Positions 13,591 to 26,329 of a stretch of 64,000 nt of DNA are shown here, one piece after another. The position numbers were made by a program, and so were the translations under genes. The DNA is taken from contig CATNEN010000038.1 in the NCBI GenBank assembly GCA_950097015.1, positions 22,196,001 to 22,260,000 on the forward strand. The letters are read 5' to 3'. Under the pieces are notes generated by a model. The model searched no databases, had not been told where the DNA came from, and saw only the letters and a program-made list of their open reading frames with translations. This stretch comes from Macrostomum hystrix (Eukaryota > Animalia > Platyhelminthes). Positions within the stretch are counted from its first letter, which is position 1. Each line of letters opens with the position of its first letter.

Positions 13591-14096
13591 GTATAATTAC
13601 GGAAGACCACGTTTCTTAGAAAAAAACTTTTTAAAGACCGGTTTTCGTCAAAAAATACACTACGGAAACATGAAATCTGACATTTTCTATTCATATTTAA
13701 TTAGATTCCTTGTTTGAAAAAATCTGCTTTGTGACAAAGTTTATATTCTACGCTTAGGCCTCTGCTAATATTATTTGTAATATTATTTTTCAGTATAATT
13801 AATTTCAGCGGACAGAAAAAAATAAATCAATAAGTACAGATTTCGTCTTAATGCATTCTACGAAAGTGCTTATAGTCGAAATATCAAGAATTTCAGTTGA
13901 AAGTCGGTAAATTATCATGTAAATTCTTGATATCGTGAATAAACATTTCGAAAGTTTTTGGAATTTGTTATTCAGTGAAACATAATAACTGAAATCTGTA
14001 TATTACAAGTCTGCCCCTAAAAAATGGAAAGCTATGACAAACCCATATATGCATTAAATTTTTATAGACAAGCATAAGTAGTCAAGAAATGAATAA

Positions 14097-15038
14097 TTAT
14101 TTTTTGTCTCCACCGCTGCTTGATGAAGATCTTTCATAGTTTTTTAGAAAGTCCTTGATCTTGTCTGATAGCAGCACAGGATCGTACATGATGGCTGGCA
14201 GTTCGTAGTTTTTCTGAGCGTAGGCCCCGGCATAAAACCCGGTTACAAAGATTAGCTGCGTGGAAAAATGACAAAACGAGAATATCAGTGGATTGATTTT
14301 TACGTGTACAGTATGAGGTACAGGGGATGGCATGGGTTGGTGAACGAATGTACAGTGTGAAAGACGAAGAATAAATGAGGTGGTGAGCTAATGTACAGAG
14401 TTAGAGACTGAAGATAGTTAGGGTGGGCTGCAACTGAATGTGCAGTGTGAGGGATGGAAGATAAATAGGGTGGGTAACTTAATGTACAGTGTTGGGGACG
14501 GAAGATAGATTGGGTGGGCTGCAACTGAATGTACAGTGTTAGGGACGGAAGATGGATTTGGTGGGCTGCAACTGAATGTGCAGTGTGAGGGATGGAAGAT
14601 AAATGGGGTGGGTAACTTAATGTACAGTGTTGGGGACGGAAGATAGATTGGGTGGGCTGCAACTGAATGTACAGTGTTAGGAACGGAAGATGGATTTGGT
14701 GGGCTGCTACTGAATGTGCAGTGTGAGGGATGGAAGATAAATGGGGTGGGTAACTTAATGTACAGTGTTGGGGACGGAAGATAGATTTGGTGGGCTGCAA
14801 CTGAATGTGCAGTGTGAGGGACGGAAGATAAATGGGGTGGGCAACTTAATGTACAGTGTTAGGGAGGACTGATTGCATAGTGTGAGTGATGAAAGATAAT
14901 GATGTAATATAATAATTATAATGTGAACATAAGGGATAGTAACGATTTCACTATTAAAATCCTCATTACTCGTATATACGCAAAATTACAATAAACTCAA
15001 GCAAATTTTAAAATGCAACTTACAATTGCTTTCAACAT
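14097..15038 (-). CDS. STMP1: STMP1/C7orf73-like short transmembrane mitochondrial microprotein, 57 aa, 2 exons
   Basis: Exon 15024-15038 (MLKAI|gtaagt) plus exon 14097-14255 (acgcag|LIFVTGFYAGAYAQKNYELP...KIKDFLKNYERSSSSSGGDKK*). The G..G.Y.AQ/KNY.LP motif fits the STMP1 family (from recall). Confidence 0.78.
14370..14865. repeat. Higher-order minisatellite (138-bp period built from three ~46-bp subunits) in the STMP1 intron
   Basis: 138-bp period visible between 14513 and 14651. Confidence 0.88.
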
Positions 15039-15944
15039 TGCGCTGAAAAAGTGGATGAAGACTAGTAACAAAAGTTAAAGCCAATTAGTAGCCTTAGTAG
15101 ACGCTGAAAGTATAATTAAAATTATTATGTAATTATAAGCGCGCAGTGTATATGTACTAGAAGAGGTAAAACTAATTTAGAAAAGCTTGCTTATGGAAAT
15201 CATAAAATAGTTTTTTTATATTGGTCTCCTTAACTTTAACTTAACTTAACTTTAACTCCTTAACCTTGATACGAATATTTGTTACCAAAAATAATTAACA
15301 GGGAGTATAAAATTTGTTTCCTTTGTCATAAATTAGTATATTTCTGAATTCTGAAATTTTAACGATGATTCGCGTGAAAGCATAAGAAAGCGTTTTTTAA
15401 TGACGCGGAGTTTACTTAACAAAACAAAACAACTTTGCCAAAAGAATTGCATTTTTATTGTTAAAAAATATTCATACAGAGCAAATCAAGAACCGCTAGC
15501 TAAGTCTTTGTTCATCAGGATAAATAACACTTTATAGAAAAATACATGCTGTTATAGAAGCAAAGCATGCACTGAGGTCACATATAAAGAAACAAAACAC
15601 TCCTATTAATCGACTTAAGATTTCACAATCGGATGAAGCCAAAGCCAATTCAGGAAATAGCTTAGAAGCATTACTGATCAACAATCAAACAAATAAATGT
15701 GATATTCAACCAGAACCAGGGACTACTAAATACGTAGAATATATAGTTAAGTATTTAGTAGACTCTGTGTTCAACTCAGTCAATTTTTTCTACATTTTAA
15801 CAACAAATTAAGTTGCCAACTTGACAGTAAGGTCAGTTATAGCCAGAACGTACAAATTTGGAGGGTTGAATAGAAAAATTAAGGCCATTATACAACTCAT
15901 CAAAAACAAAGAGGAATTTAGAGATAAGGAATTGCGAGTCTGGA

Positions 15945-16405
15945 GTGGCAAGTGTACAATTAGGGGTAGAGGGTTGAGACAGGCGGGCGAGTGTAAATTT
16001 AGGGGTAGGAAGTTAAGATAGGCTGGGCGAGTGTACATTTTGGGGTAAGGGGTTGAGACAGGCGGGCGAGTGTACATTTAGGGGTAGAAGTTAATATAGG
16101 CTGGGCGAGTGTAGATTTTGGGGTAGGAAGTTAAAATAGGCTGGACGAGTGTACATTTAGGGGTAGGAAGTTAAAATAGGCTGGGCGAGTGTACATTTAG
16201 AGGTAGGAAGTTAAAATAGGCTGGGCGAGTGTACATTTAGGGGTAGGAAGTTAAGATAGGCGGTGAGTGTAAATTTAGGGGTAGGAAGTTAAAATAGGCT
16301 GGGCGAGTGTACATTTAGGGGTAGGGAGTTGAGACAGGCGGGATAGAGTACATTTAGGGGAAGGGAGTCGAGTTAGGCAGGGCGAGTGTACATTTAGAGG
16401 TAGAG
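15945..16405. repeat. 40-bp minisatellite (GGGTAGGAAGTTAAAATAGGCTGGGCGAGTGTACATTTAG)n
   Basis: Units start at 16161, 16201 and 16241. Confidence 0.93.
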
Positions 16406-16629
16406 GTTGGGATGAATGTACGTCTAGAAAACGAATAAAATTTGTAAAACTGTTCAGGGCTAACTAGCTAAAGTTCAGCTCAGGTCGAAAGCTAAACAAT
16501 CAGAAACAATTTTGTGACAGCATTTTAGCTGGCAGCCTACGGCACCTAATTTGTGTATTTTAACGAGATGAAAAATGATGAAAAAAGTATTTGTCTTAAA
16601 TTAGACAATAGGAATGCGATGCGTATTGA

Positions 16630-16830
16630 AGGAGGTTGTAGCCCGGAGTTCAGAAAATCAGAATTACGAATCAAATGTCAGGGGTTCGATTCGCGACTTA
16701 ACTGAAACAACTAGTGTCCTTTACCAAGATACTTGAATCTACAGTGCTTCAGTTCACCCAGCTTTTTAATTGGATTCCAGCATTAGCTGGGGTAATTGGG
16801 GGTGGGTGTGGCGTCCCCCTGTCCATGGAC
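16630..16830 (+). mobile_element. Old CORE-type SINE copy
   Basis: B-box GGTTCGATTC followed by CORE-like GTGTCCTTTACCAAGATACTTGA...CAGTTCACCCAGCT; related to 51094-51412. Confidence 0.6.
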
Positions 16831-17720
16831 TTTATTGTAATTTTAAGAGAAAATAAAACAGCATATTTATAAATGTTCAAAAGGATCAATTAAAAAGCAG
16901 AGCATCAGGCCGGTAGAGATCCATTGCAGCACCGGTCCATCTTCAACGCGGTGGAGTTAATTGAAACTTAATTTTTCTATAAAGAAATAATTTACAAACT
17001 AATTTACACCACGATGAGTGAAATCAAATGCGTACTACTAGATATAATGTAAATAGATTATTGAATTACTCGTATTTTTCGTTATTTGCTACCGTCTACT
17101 ATAGATGAAGAATGAGAATAATTGTAAGATACAAATACTGAACATGACAATAAGTATTACATTAGGTTTCATATTGGCATCAGCGGCAAGTTATTAGTGT
17201 GAATTGAAAAACAAACAACAACAACAAAACCTCATACAAACTGGTAGGTCGAAAATGATGCTTCGAGTACAGAAAATACGAATCACAATTCCATTTCAAT
17301 ACAGGCGACACAAGAAACATGAAACGGGGATTAATCTTAGGATTATGGATTATTGATAATCTCATGTTAATACATAAAAAGATGGACTCGAGATTTTCAG
17401 AAAAACTAAAGTTAAAATTGTTATATCGATTGAAGATTATATGGATATGGGATAATCAATACTATTGGGATATAAGATTAGTAAGACTATTGGGAAAATG
17501 GATTATTTATATTATTGGGATCTGAGATAAAAAATATTAAAGTGATATGGGATTTTCAATACTATTAGGGTGTGGGATAATCAATAATCTAGTATGAAAT
17601 TGTGAATTTTTGGGATTATGGGATATCCAGAAAATATCTTTCACGATAATCCAGGATTAACAAAACAGGAGCCAAAACTGACTCAATTGATTGTGTATGA
17701 AACCGTAATCCGACAAAAAA

Positions 17721-20700
17721 CTAAGCCACACTGGACTTATGCGTCGACAAGGATGCTTCGATGCTCTTCAGCACGCCTGGCAACTGACTCCCGCCGCTCG
17801 CTCCTCCTCCGAGGCTACTGACGGAGCTGGCGGCCTGTTTCAAAGTCAGGACACGCTGAAGGCCCTGCCTGACGCGTTGAAAATTGTATTCAATAATGCC
17901 CTGCCTATCCATGCTCTCCTCGCGTAAGACGCAAACCAAGGCCAGGTGGCGATCAACTCCGCGTAGTAACAGAACTGTGCTGTTGTCCAGGTGGATGGAC
18001 GAGCAGGTGTCCTCGCTAAAGCCCGGCTGATCGTCGGCGTCTTGGCTGGGAAGGTACAACCAAGGTCATGTAGGTTAGATTTAATACGAATCGAGGCACC
18101 GAAATTTGATACGCCATCAGGTCATATAGAATACTGATTGAAGTCATTCAGGTAAGGATCATACGGATTATGTTATACATGTTAGTGTCATACAGATTAG
18201 GGTTATACAGGTTAGGGTCATACAGATTAGGGTTATACAGGTTAGGGTCATACAGATTAGGGTTATACAGGTTAGGGTCATACATATTAGGGTTATACAG
18301 GTTAGGGTCATACAGATTAGGGTCATACAGGTTAGGGTCATACAGATTAGGGTTATACAGGTTAGGGTCATACAGATTAGGGTTATAGAAGGTCAGACAG
18401 CTATAAAAAGTTCTACAGCTACGGATGGTCATGCAGCTAGAAATGATCATACAGCTTCAAATTGTCATACAGCTACAAATGGTCATACAGCTGCAAATGG
18501 TCATACAAAGGTAAAAATTCACACATTCAAAAGGTCATTAGGATTTAAAAGCTAAATTGATTCTGATTTACTATTACGGGCTTGCAAAACTCACCCGTCA
18601 GAGTAGATAGTGGTCACATCCACAACTAGATCGATCATGTCGCAGCAAAGCTCGTAAACTTGCATATCAACAGGCGACGGATCTGTTGCTATGTAGATCT
18701 TGGTAGCGACGTCAAATAGGAATGCTTTTTCTAAGCCAGAGTTCTGCAACGAATTTGTGGATTCAGGAGGGATGAGGACAGGTGAAGATACAGTGGGGAT
18801 ACTGATAGGGGAATATACAGTGGGGATACTGATAGGGGAAGATACAATGGGGATACTGATAGGGGAAGATACAGTGGGATACTGATAGGGGAAGATACAG
18901 TGGGTATACTGATAGGGGAAGATACAGTGGGGATACTGATAGGGGAAGATACAGTGGGTATACTGATAGGGGAAGATACAGTGGGGATACTGATAGGGGA
19001 AGATACAGTGGGGATACTGATAGGGGAAGATACAGTGGGGATACTGATAGGGGAAGATACAGTGGGGATACTGATAGGGGAAGATACAGTGGGGATACTG
19101 ATAGGGGAAGATACAGTGGGGATACTGATAGGGGAAGATACAGTGGGGATACTGATAGGGGAAGATACAGTGAGGATGACAAAAGTTCAAAGTCCGAATA
19201 GGAAAGATACATATTGTAACTCACATTGCAGAAAATGTTGAGCAAGCTTTCAAAAGCGCCCATGTGAGGAATGAGTTTTTGCACAACCTTGCTGAAGGCC
19301 TCAAAGATCGAATGATCATAGATAGTAGTCAGGTGGTAGTGGATATTAATCACTTCGTTGCCTGAAAAAATGCGGTTCAATCAATCAATTAATTCAATAA
19401 TAAACTGCTGGTCTAAATTGAGAAATTGTGGAAAACCTGTTTCTTGGAATCCACACATTTGGATAATAAAATGTTTCTAGGAATCTACAACTTTAGATGA
19501 TTAACAGCTTCTTCAAACTGCATATCTAAGATAATCAACTGTATCCTGGAATAGAAATTTACGGAAACAAATTACAGTAGTTAAAAAAATTAAAATTGAA
19601 ATTAAAATTATAAATAAAATAAACGGTTTCTTACAATCCATATTTTCGGCTAATTTTTTATAATTAACTGTTTCTTAGAATCTGCATGTTTTGGGGGGAA
19701 ACGTTTACTTAGAATCTACCCTTCTTTACAAGAAACAGTTTCTTGGAATCTACCCTTCTTTATAAGACTGTTTCTTGGAAGCAACCCTTCTTTATAAGAA
19801 GCTGTTTCTTGGAATCAACCCTTCTTTATAAGAAACTGTTTCTTGGAAGCAACCCTTCTTTATAAGAAACTATTTCTTGGAATCAACCCTTCTTTATAAG
19901 AAACTGTTTCTTGGAATCAACCCTTCTTCATAAGAAACTGTTTCTTGGAATCAACCCTTCTTCATAAGAAACTGTTTCTTGGAATCAACCCTTCTTCATA
20001 AGAAACTGTTTCTTGGAATCTACCCTTCATCATAATAAAGTGTTTCTTGGACATTTTTTTAAATAAAATATTTCTCGGCACCAACATTTTGCGAAAAAGG
20101 TGCATTTTTGTAATTAATAGTTTTAAAAATTTTTTGCAAGTCAGCACTTGAATAAATTAATATGTTTTTATTGTGCTATTTTATTCGGCCAATAGCGATT
20201 AGTAAAAGGAAAAACGCATTTTGAAATTGCGACGTTTTTCATAAATGAAAACCAACTAACAGATAGCATTCTTACCATTGCCAATGTCAATGAGAACATC
20301 GTTGGCCCTTTGAGTAATATCGCATTGCGTCTCAATCTTTTGCTCATCGGTGAGTCCGTCCACTTTGTGAATGAAGACTTCGAATTTAATCTTGGGATTA
20401 ACATTGTAGGCGCCGCTAACTAGAACTTTCAATCGATCGATGGCCTCCATGTAGTCGTCCTGGGCGTCGATGACGAACACGATGGCTCCGGTGCCGGCGA
20501 AGGTGTCGCTAGAGTCGAAGATATCGGCAAGGTAGTCAATGTGGCCGGGCACGTCCCAGACGGAGAATTGGATGAAAGAACAGTCGGAGACCTCTGGGAA
20601 ATTAAAAATCATTAGCATGGTACTGGGTCTTTGAAGTTTGCGGATTGTCAGGGGGGTCGGTGGCAGAGCGGTTAACGCGTTTGCCTCTCGCACCAAGGTC

Positions 20701-21730
20701 CCTGAGTTCGATTCCGCGGCGAGGCCACATTTATTTGGGGCGCAGCCGCGGAGAGAAGGCTTGGGGGCTTGTCGTGCAATTTACGCCCGTGAGGGCCAAC
20801 CTCCAAGGCACAGTGAGAGTGTACACTGCCTGACGATGAGAAAGTCAGGGCAGATGTACACACCTGTGTGAGCGTGTGTCTGCGTACAGTATCTGTGTGC
20901 GTGTGTGCTCAGGAGTCAGCGAAATGGGCAGAATTGCCTCCTCGCTTGCTGTGGGTCTAGTGACACCAAATGATGTGCCATTGCCTGCAGCCCTCCAGCA
21001 ATAATTTTTATTATGAAATTATTGAGGATTGTCGAATTCAGGGCTCATGAAGTTTGTCGATTGTGAAATTTCAGCTTTATGAATGTTAAAAAGGCTTGTG
21101 AATTATTAAAATTTAGGTTAAAGAATGCTGTAACTTTTGAAATTTTGGGCTTAATAAAGTTTCTGGATTGGAAAATTTTAATAAAATAAAGCTAAGGGAT
21201 TAGTGAAATCCGGGAAAAATAAAGTTTAGGAACTGAATTTAATTTAGGAGAAGGCTCAAGAAAATGATTCCAAAAAGCATGCAATCAATCATTCTATAAG
21301 ATCCGAATCGCTTACCATCTTTCTGAATCTTGCAGGTGCTTTCTAGGAAAAGGGTCTCATTGGGGCTCATCTTGTGAAACACCACCTTCTGAATGGAGGA
21401 TTTGCCGCTGCGCCGCAGCCCCATGACTAGAATGCGCGGCTTCTCCTCTGGCGGCGTTACCGTGGCAATGGCGCCACCAATGGAAGCCGAAGCCGGCAGG
21501 ATAGTGGCTGCCCCGCCGCCAACTGCACCAGCCATGACTGACGAACTGCCAGTTGGCCCTATCTGGCCAGATTTGGCACCGCTGGACCCGCCATTGAGCA
21601 GATCCGAGGATGGCTGCTGCTGCTGGAGTTGCTGATCGTAGCCATATTGGGTAGGAAAACTGCTAACAACATAGCTACCAACAATTGGCTCCTCGGCGTC
21701 TCGTGCATTCGATCGGTTAATGTGCGCCAT
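17721..21730 (-). CDS. RRAGC: Ras-related GTP-binding protein C/D (Gtr2), 5 exons
   Basis: Exons 21316-21730, 20276-20593, 19225-19361, 18595-18743, 17721-18045 join in frame. Motifs [82 protein letters not shown] are diagnostic of RagC/D; C versus D cannot be resolved. Confidence 0.95.
18172..18387. repeat. 15-bp minisatellite (30-bp dimer) in RagC/D intron 4
   Basis: GGTCATACAGATTAG and GGTTATACAGGTTAG alternate. Confidence 0.93.
18784..19172. repeat. 24-bp minisatellite (GGGGATACTGATAGGGGAAGATACAGT-type) in RagC/D intron 3
   Basis: Tandem units read directly. Confidence 0.94.
19700..20050. repeat. 34-bp minisatellite in RagC/D intron 2
   Basis: Unit TTCTTGGAATCAACCCTTCTTCATAAGAAACTGT. 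Confidence 0.92.
20650..21021 (+). mobile_element. tRNA-derived SINE family A in RagC/D intron 1
   Basis: A box TGGCAGAGCGG, B box GAGTTCGATTCC, AT-rich tail; imperfect TSD TTG(C/A)GGATTGTC at 20638-20649 and 21022-21033. Confidence 0.85.
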
Positions 21731-22478
21731 TAAATAGAACTCTTTTAAAATTCGAATCGATTTATTTGCAAATCTGTAAAATTGATAAGGTTCTTAGAAT
21801 TTTGCATTGGCTAAAATAAATCATTGAATATCTTTAAATAGAAATATAAATTTGTTTTATATTGACGACTTATGAATAGAATAGCAATAATAATCCCTTT
21901 CTGCTAAAATATTTCATTGTAAACAGTGAATAGAAGTTTAGGATTTTTTTTGTTTTACTAGTGTAATCATATTGTGGCTTCATCTTGGCATTTCAGAAAC
22001 TATATCATACATTTAAACAACTGTTCTTATATTATAATTTATTATAGCAAAAAACACAATAGCTATTCTCTTTTCAGGGGCAAAGTGATTTCAGTCACAG
22101 TTTTTATTTTCTCTTCAAATTTCAATATTTCATTTTTTGTTTTAATGCCTTTTTTACCTATTTCAAATAGTTTACTCATCTAAAATAATTGTTATGAATG
22201 CTACTGTTTTCCTACGGCCTTTTTTAAATCAAAATGTTTAGCCTTGTTACCAATATCAAATAAACAAAAAATCATAACCTGATTGGCATGTGCATTTCAA
22301 TAATAATAATAATAACAATAACAATAATTATAAACACATTATCCTAACACTTGGTTTAATATTTTAGAAATGTAGCTAAATATTGTATGAGCCTGCCCTT
22401 ATTGTAGAGGGCAATATAACTTTGATTTAGGCTTTCTTGAGATTACATAATCAAGATAAATATTAAACAGCTGGGATA

Positions 22479-22854
22479 ATAATAATAATAATAACAATTG
22501 CAGGAGGGCTGGGGGCAATGGCACACCATTTAGTGACACTAGACCCGCAGCCAGCGAGGAGGCAATTCTGCCCATTTCACTGACTCCTGAGCACACACGC
22601 ACACAGATACTGTACGCAGACAGACACTCGCTCACACAGGTGAGTACATCTGCCATGACTTTTTCATCGTCAGGCAGTGTACACTCTCACTGTGCCTTGG
22701 AGGTTGGCCCTCAAGGGGTGTAAATTGCACGACAAACCCCCAAAGCCTTCTCTCCATGGCTGCGCCCCAAAAAAATGTGGCCTCGCCATGGAATTAAACT
22801 TAGGGACTGTGGTGCAAGAGGCAAACACGTTAACCGCTCTTCCACCGACCCCCT
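22479..22854 (-). mobile_element. tRNA-derived SINE family A, second full copy, inverted
   Basis: Reverse complement of 20650-21021 over its length; (ATT)n tail; TSD AAC(A/T)GCTGGGATA at 22466-22478 and 22855-22867. Confidence 0.85.
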
Positions 22855-23059
22855 AACTGCTGGGATAGAGAATCTTATAATTAACAGTCCAGAGTAAATG
22901 TTTTGGCATGCATATGGTATCTTTGTCCTTTAATGCCATTTGTTACTTAAATCAAAGCTTGCGATTACTAAATATAAACTAGACCCAAGAAAAACAAGAA
23001 AAGAAAAATTCATTCATTGTCATTCATTTTAATGAATCTATAGCTTTTCAGTCTATAGA

Positions 23060-23250
23060 CTAGGGGGCACCAGACCCACCCTTAATTAAATACCCCAGCT
23101 AATGCTGAAACACATTTAAAACAGTTGGGTGAACTAAAACAAAACAGAGTTAAGTGTCTTGCTAAAAGAAAACTTGTTTTGGTGGGAGTTGCAAATTGAA
23201 CACCTTACCAAGTTGTGCATCTAACACTTAAACCACTAAATAGGCCAAAA
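23060..23250 (-). mobile_element. Old CORE-type SINE copy
   Basis: CCCCAGCTAATGCTG...CAGTTGGGTGAACT...GTTAAGTGTCTTGCTAAAAG resembles 51253-51329. Confidence 0.55.
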
Positions 23251-26200
23251 TTTCAGCCAAAGTCATACACAACCAATGGAGAGAAAGATAGAGTAATAAG
23301 CACTGTTACTTTTAAATTAATTCATCTTGACATGCTGCAGACATTGTTATATCATTAATTAACAGTCAACCCAAACCCATAGCCAAAAAGAAATAACTTC
23401 CAAAGTGTATTGACTCTTAAATGTTCATATATAAATGTGTATTAGTATATATTGTGATATACATCTAAGCCCTAGGCCTATTGCAGCAAGAGTGGGTCCA
23501 TGAGTACATATTTTTTTAATAATTTATTTAGGCTAAAAGTTGACTTTAAAATTAATAGCTAGGGAGCTTAACAGGTTTAACTAAAAAGTTATATCTACTT
23601 AAGCATCATGCATCAAGAACTATAATTAATTAATTTTAGTTATATTCACATATGAACTCAAATGGTATCATTCGGTTAAAGATAGCAAAACATTTTTTAA
23701 AACATGCATTGTTAAAATGTAAGATACTGCATATACATAAATAAGATGGCTATATGACTATATTATGCCAAATATAATAGAGTACATACAATCTAGCAAG
23801 AGAAGGCGATCTTATAGTTTTACAGACTTAATTTTTTAATTTATAAACTTTTTAGCAACTGAAAGACACACCAAAGGCGTAAAGCTTACACTGTATATTT
23901 TAAACTTAAGTGGCACACAGTGGCAATATTATGTGTGGCTATGTTTATGGCCAAAACCAGAGAAAAAGAGAAGAGAATATGTGAAGGACAAGGAGGGAAT
24001 AATGATTTTATTCTTGCATTGTTAGGCCCTGTCTTGCCTTGCTACTTTTGTTGCTTTGGCAACATTATTTTCTTGGTAGCAGACTACTACACAATTGAAG
24101 CACAGTAGGGCCTACTACAACATCTGATTCCAGACTCCGGATAGTATACATGTACACCGGAAAATTCCGGTGTACAGAGGGGTCTGGCGTACCCCCTTTG
24201 GTGTACACCTGCCTTGGCGTATACCCATCTCTGGCATAATGGCGAAACTTGGCATATGGCATTAATGGCGAAACATGGCATAAGACGTTTACGGCATAAC
24301 ATTGACAGTGTACTATTTCTCAAAATTCCGCCACTCTGCAACCAACATCATGTCAATTTTCAAAAGTGCAGTACTAACAATTGTTGAAATTTTTCTTCAA
24401 GGCTTTTATTTGTTTTTTAAATATACAATGTTTGAAAGACAAAAATCTTCTTTCGTAAATTACATTTTACCATCAACACTTTGTTTAATATTGTTAAACA
24501 ATATCATTTTTCAAAATCTTTTTTGGTCAGTCGGTTGTAAACTTAATAGACTTTATAATTTCTTTTTTCTAATAGATACATGCGAAAAAAAATTATACAA
24601 TAAAGTTAATGCAAGTGCAAATTTTGCTTGGCGTATTTTCATGAGTGATATAAATCTGCTGGCATACATTGGCATACAGGAGCTAGGGAATCAAATTTCA
24701 CACCAGCACACGACACGATATGTCGATACTGACACTGGATCTGATTCGCTGGTTGATTAGTCATTGCTGATATATTTTACTACAAAGAAGTCACTCAAAC
24801 TGTCATTATAAATTACAGTTCAAGTATATCTAAAAAATTAGAGGATTGCAAAGAGAACAACAAAATAGGGCCTACAACTTCATAAATAGTGTACAGATAT
24901 AAATCGAATGAATATGATCCAATAACTCCTACTAATAACTAGGGCCTTAAACTTTAACATCAAGGCCTGGCGCTTGAAATATAAATTACAAAATGAGCTC
25001 GATTTTTCGTTCAAATCTCTAGATGTAAAGCTACTGTGTGGCATCAAACTCTGCCTTGCAGCCTTTCATTTGATATCGTCTAGATACTTTTACATGATTC
25101 TTAATTTTCATATCTAACCGATCCAAATAAAATCCCCTAAAGGCTCCAAAATCTAACTGGTCAGGCCTGCTCTATGTAACTTGATCAACGCTGTCAAGGC
25201 TGAAAAAGCGAAGAATGTTATAAGTTCGAGAAACAAAACTGTGAACAAAAAAGTGTACGAAAAAATATTATTTTTATTTCAAATATCGCTGCGATATTTT
25301 CTCAGAAAGTTCTCTATGAAACATACCTTTTTAATTTTTATATTTGCACATAAAATACAAGTACTAGAAAATCAAAATGTCTAGGCTAAAGGACATGACA
25401 AAAAAGTCATTCTTGTATAGCTACAAGAAAATTATTTTGTTTGTTCTAGATGCAAAAAAGTCGCTTTGATTTAAACGATTTTTGTTCTTTATAATTAAGG
25501 TCAAGGAAATTTCTAATTTAAGTACAACGAGCTGAAATTTTGCTTTCGTCAGACTAATCTGTCTGCCACACTTATGACATATTGACAGAACGTACTTGCC
25601 TGTCTTTTAAAACTATTATAACTTTTTTCATTACATTATCAATCAAGAGTCATCATTCAATTGGAACTTTTGCTTTTTATTTTTCTTGCGCTGCTCCTAT
25701 TCCGTTTATATTATGCATATGAGCAAGTGGATTAAGAAGTGTCTCCATATGTAGCTTGTAAATTTAGTATAGTTGTTTGCGAGGATAGTAGATCTGACAC
25801 GCCCTATCATCCATGTTTCTCGCATTTGCTTTAATAACTAAATTCACTTAGCTATAGTTCTAGTATCAAACTAAACCGTAGCACTGTCTGTACTTTTAAG
25901 TCAGCCTGGAAGTAAAAGTTAATACTGCGCATAAGTATAATACTGAACTACCCTTACACCCTCTTTCATAATTAGGAACAATTTTTTGCACATCATCCCG
26001 TAAAATATCAACCTTATATATACGAGTATTTAGAAGCCAGGAAAATCGTGTTTATTATCGTGTGTATTCCAATCATTGTATGTTTTCAGCTTCTTTAGTA
26101 ATGGCAGTTCACTTAATATTTCACCATCACCAATGTGCCACCGATTGCAGCTATTCTTATTGCGTAATCGCATATAACGTGGGTCCCCTTAAGTACAAAA

Positions 26201-26329
26201 ACCTAAAGAGAGAAAGAAAAAGAGATCACTTTATATTTACAAAGATGCTTGCAATTTGAATCGAATGTTACGGTTACAGGCAGGTGCAAGTGAGTTAAAT
26301 GTAACGGTTCCCCGTTTCATTTTCAGATT

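Noticed and set aside
20651-20725. tRNA gene candidates (also ~51340-51410 and ~28030-28096)
   Set aside because: The A/B boxes belong to SINE heads that have bodies, tails and TSDs.
20819-20861. CTGACGA...GAAA resembling a hammerhead ribozyme core
   Set aside because: These bases fall in a simple hairpin with no stems II/III, and the 13500 copy alters the core.
24313-24350. Minus-strand AEWRNF resembling the TFIIB EWRTF motif
   Set aside because: No zinc ribbon, and stops lie on both sides.
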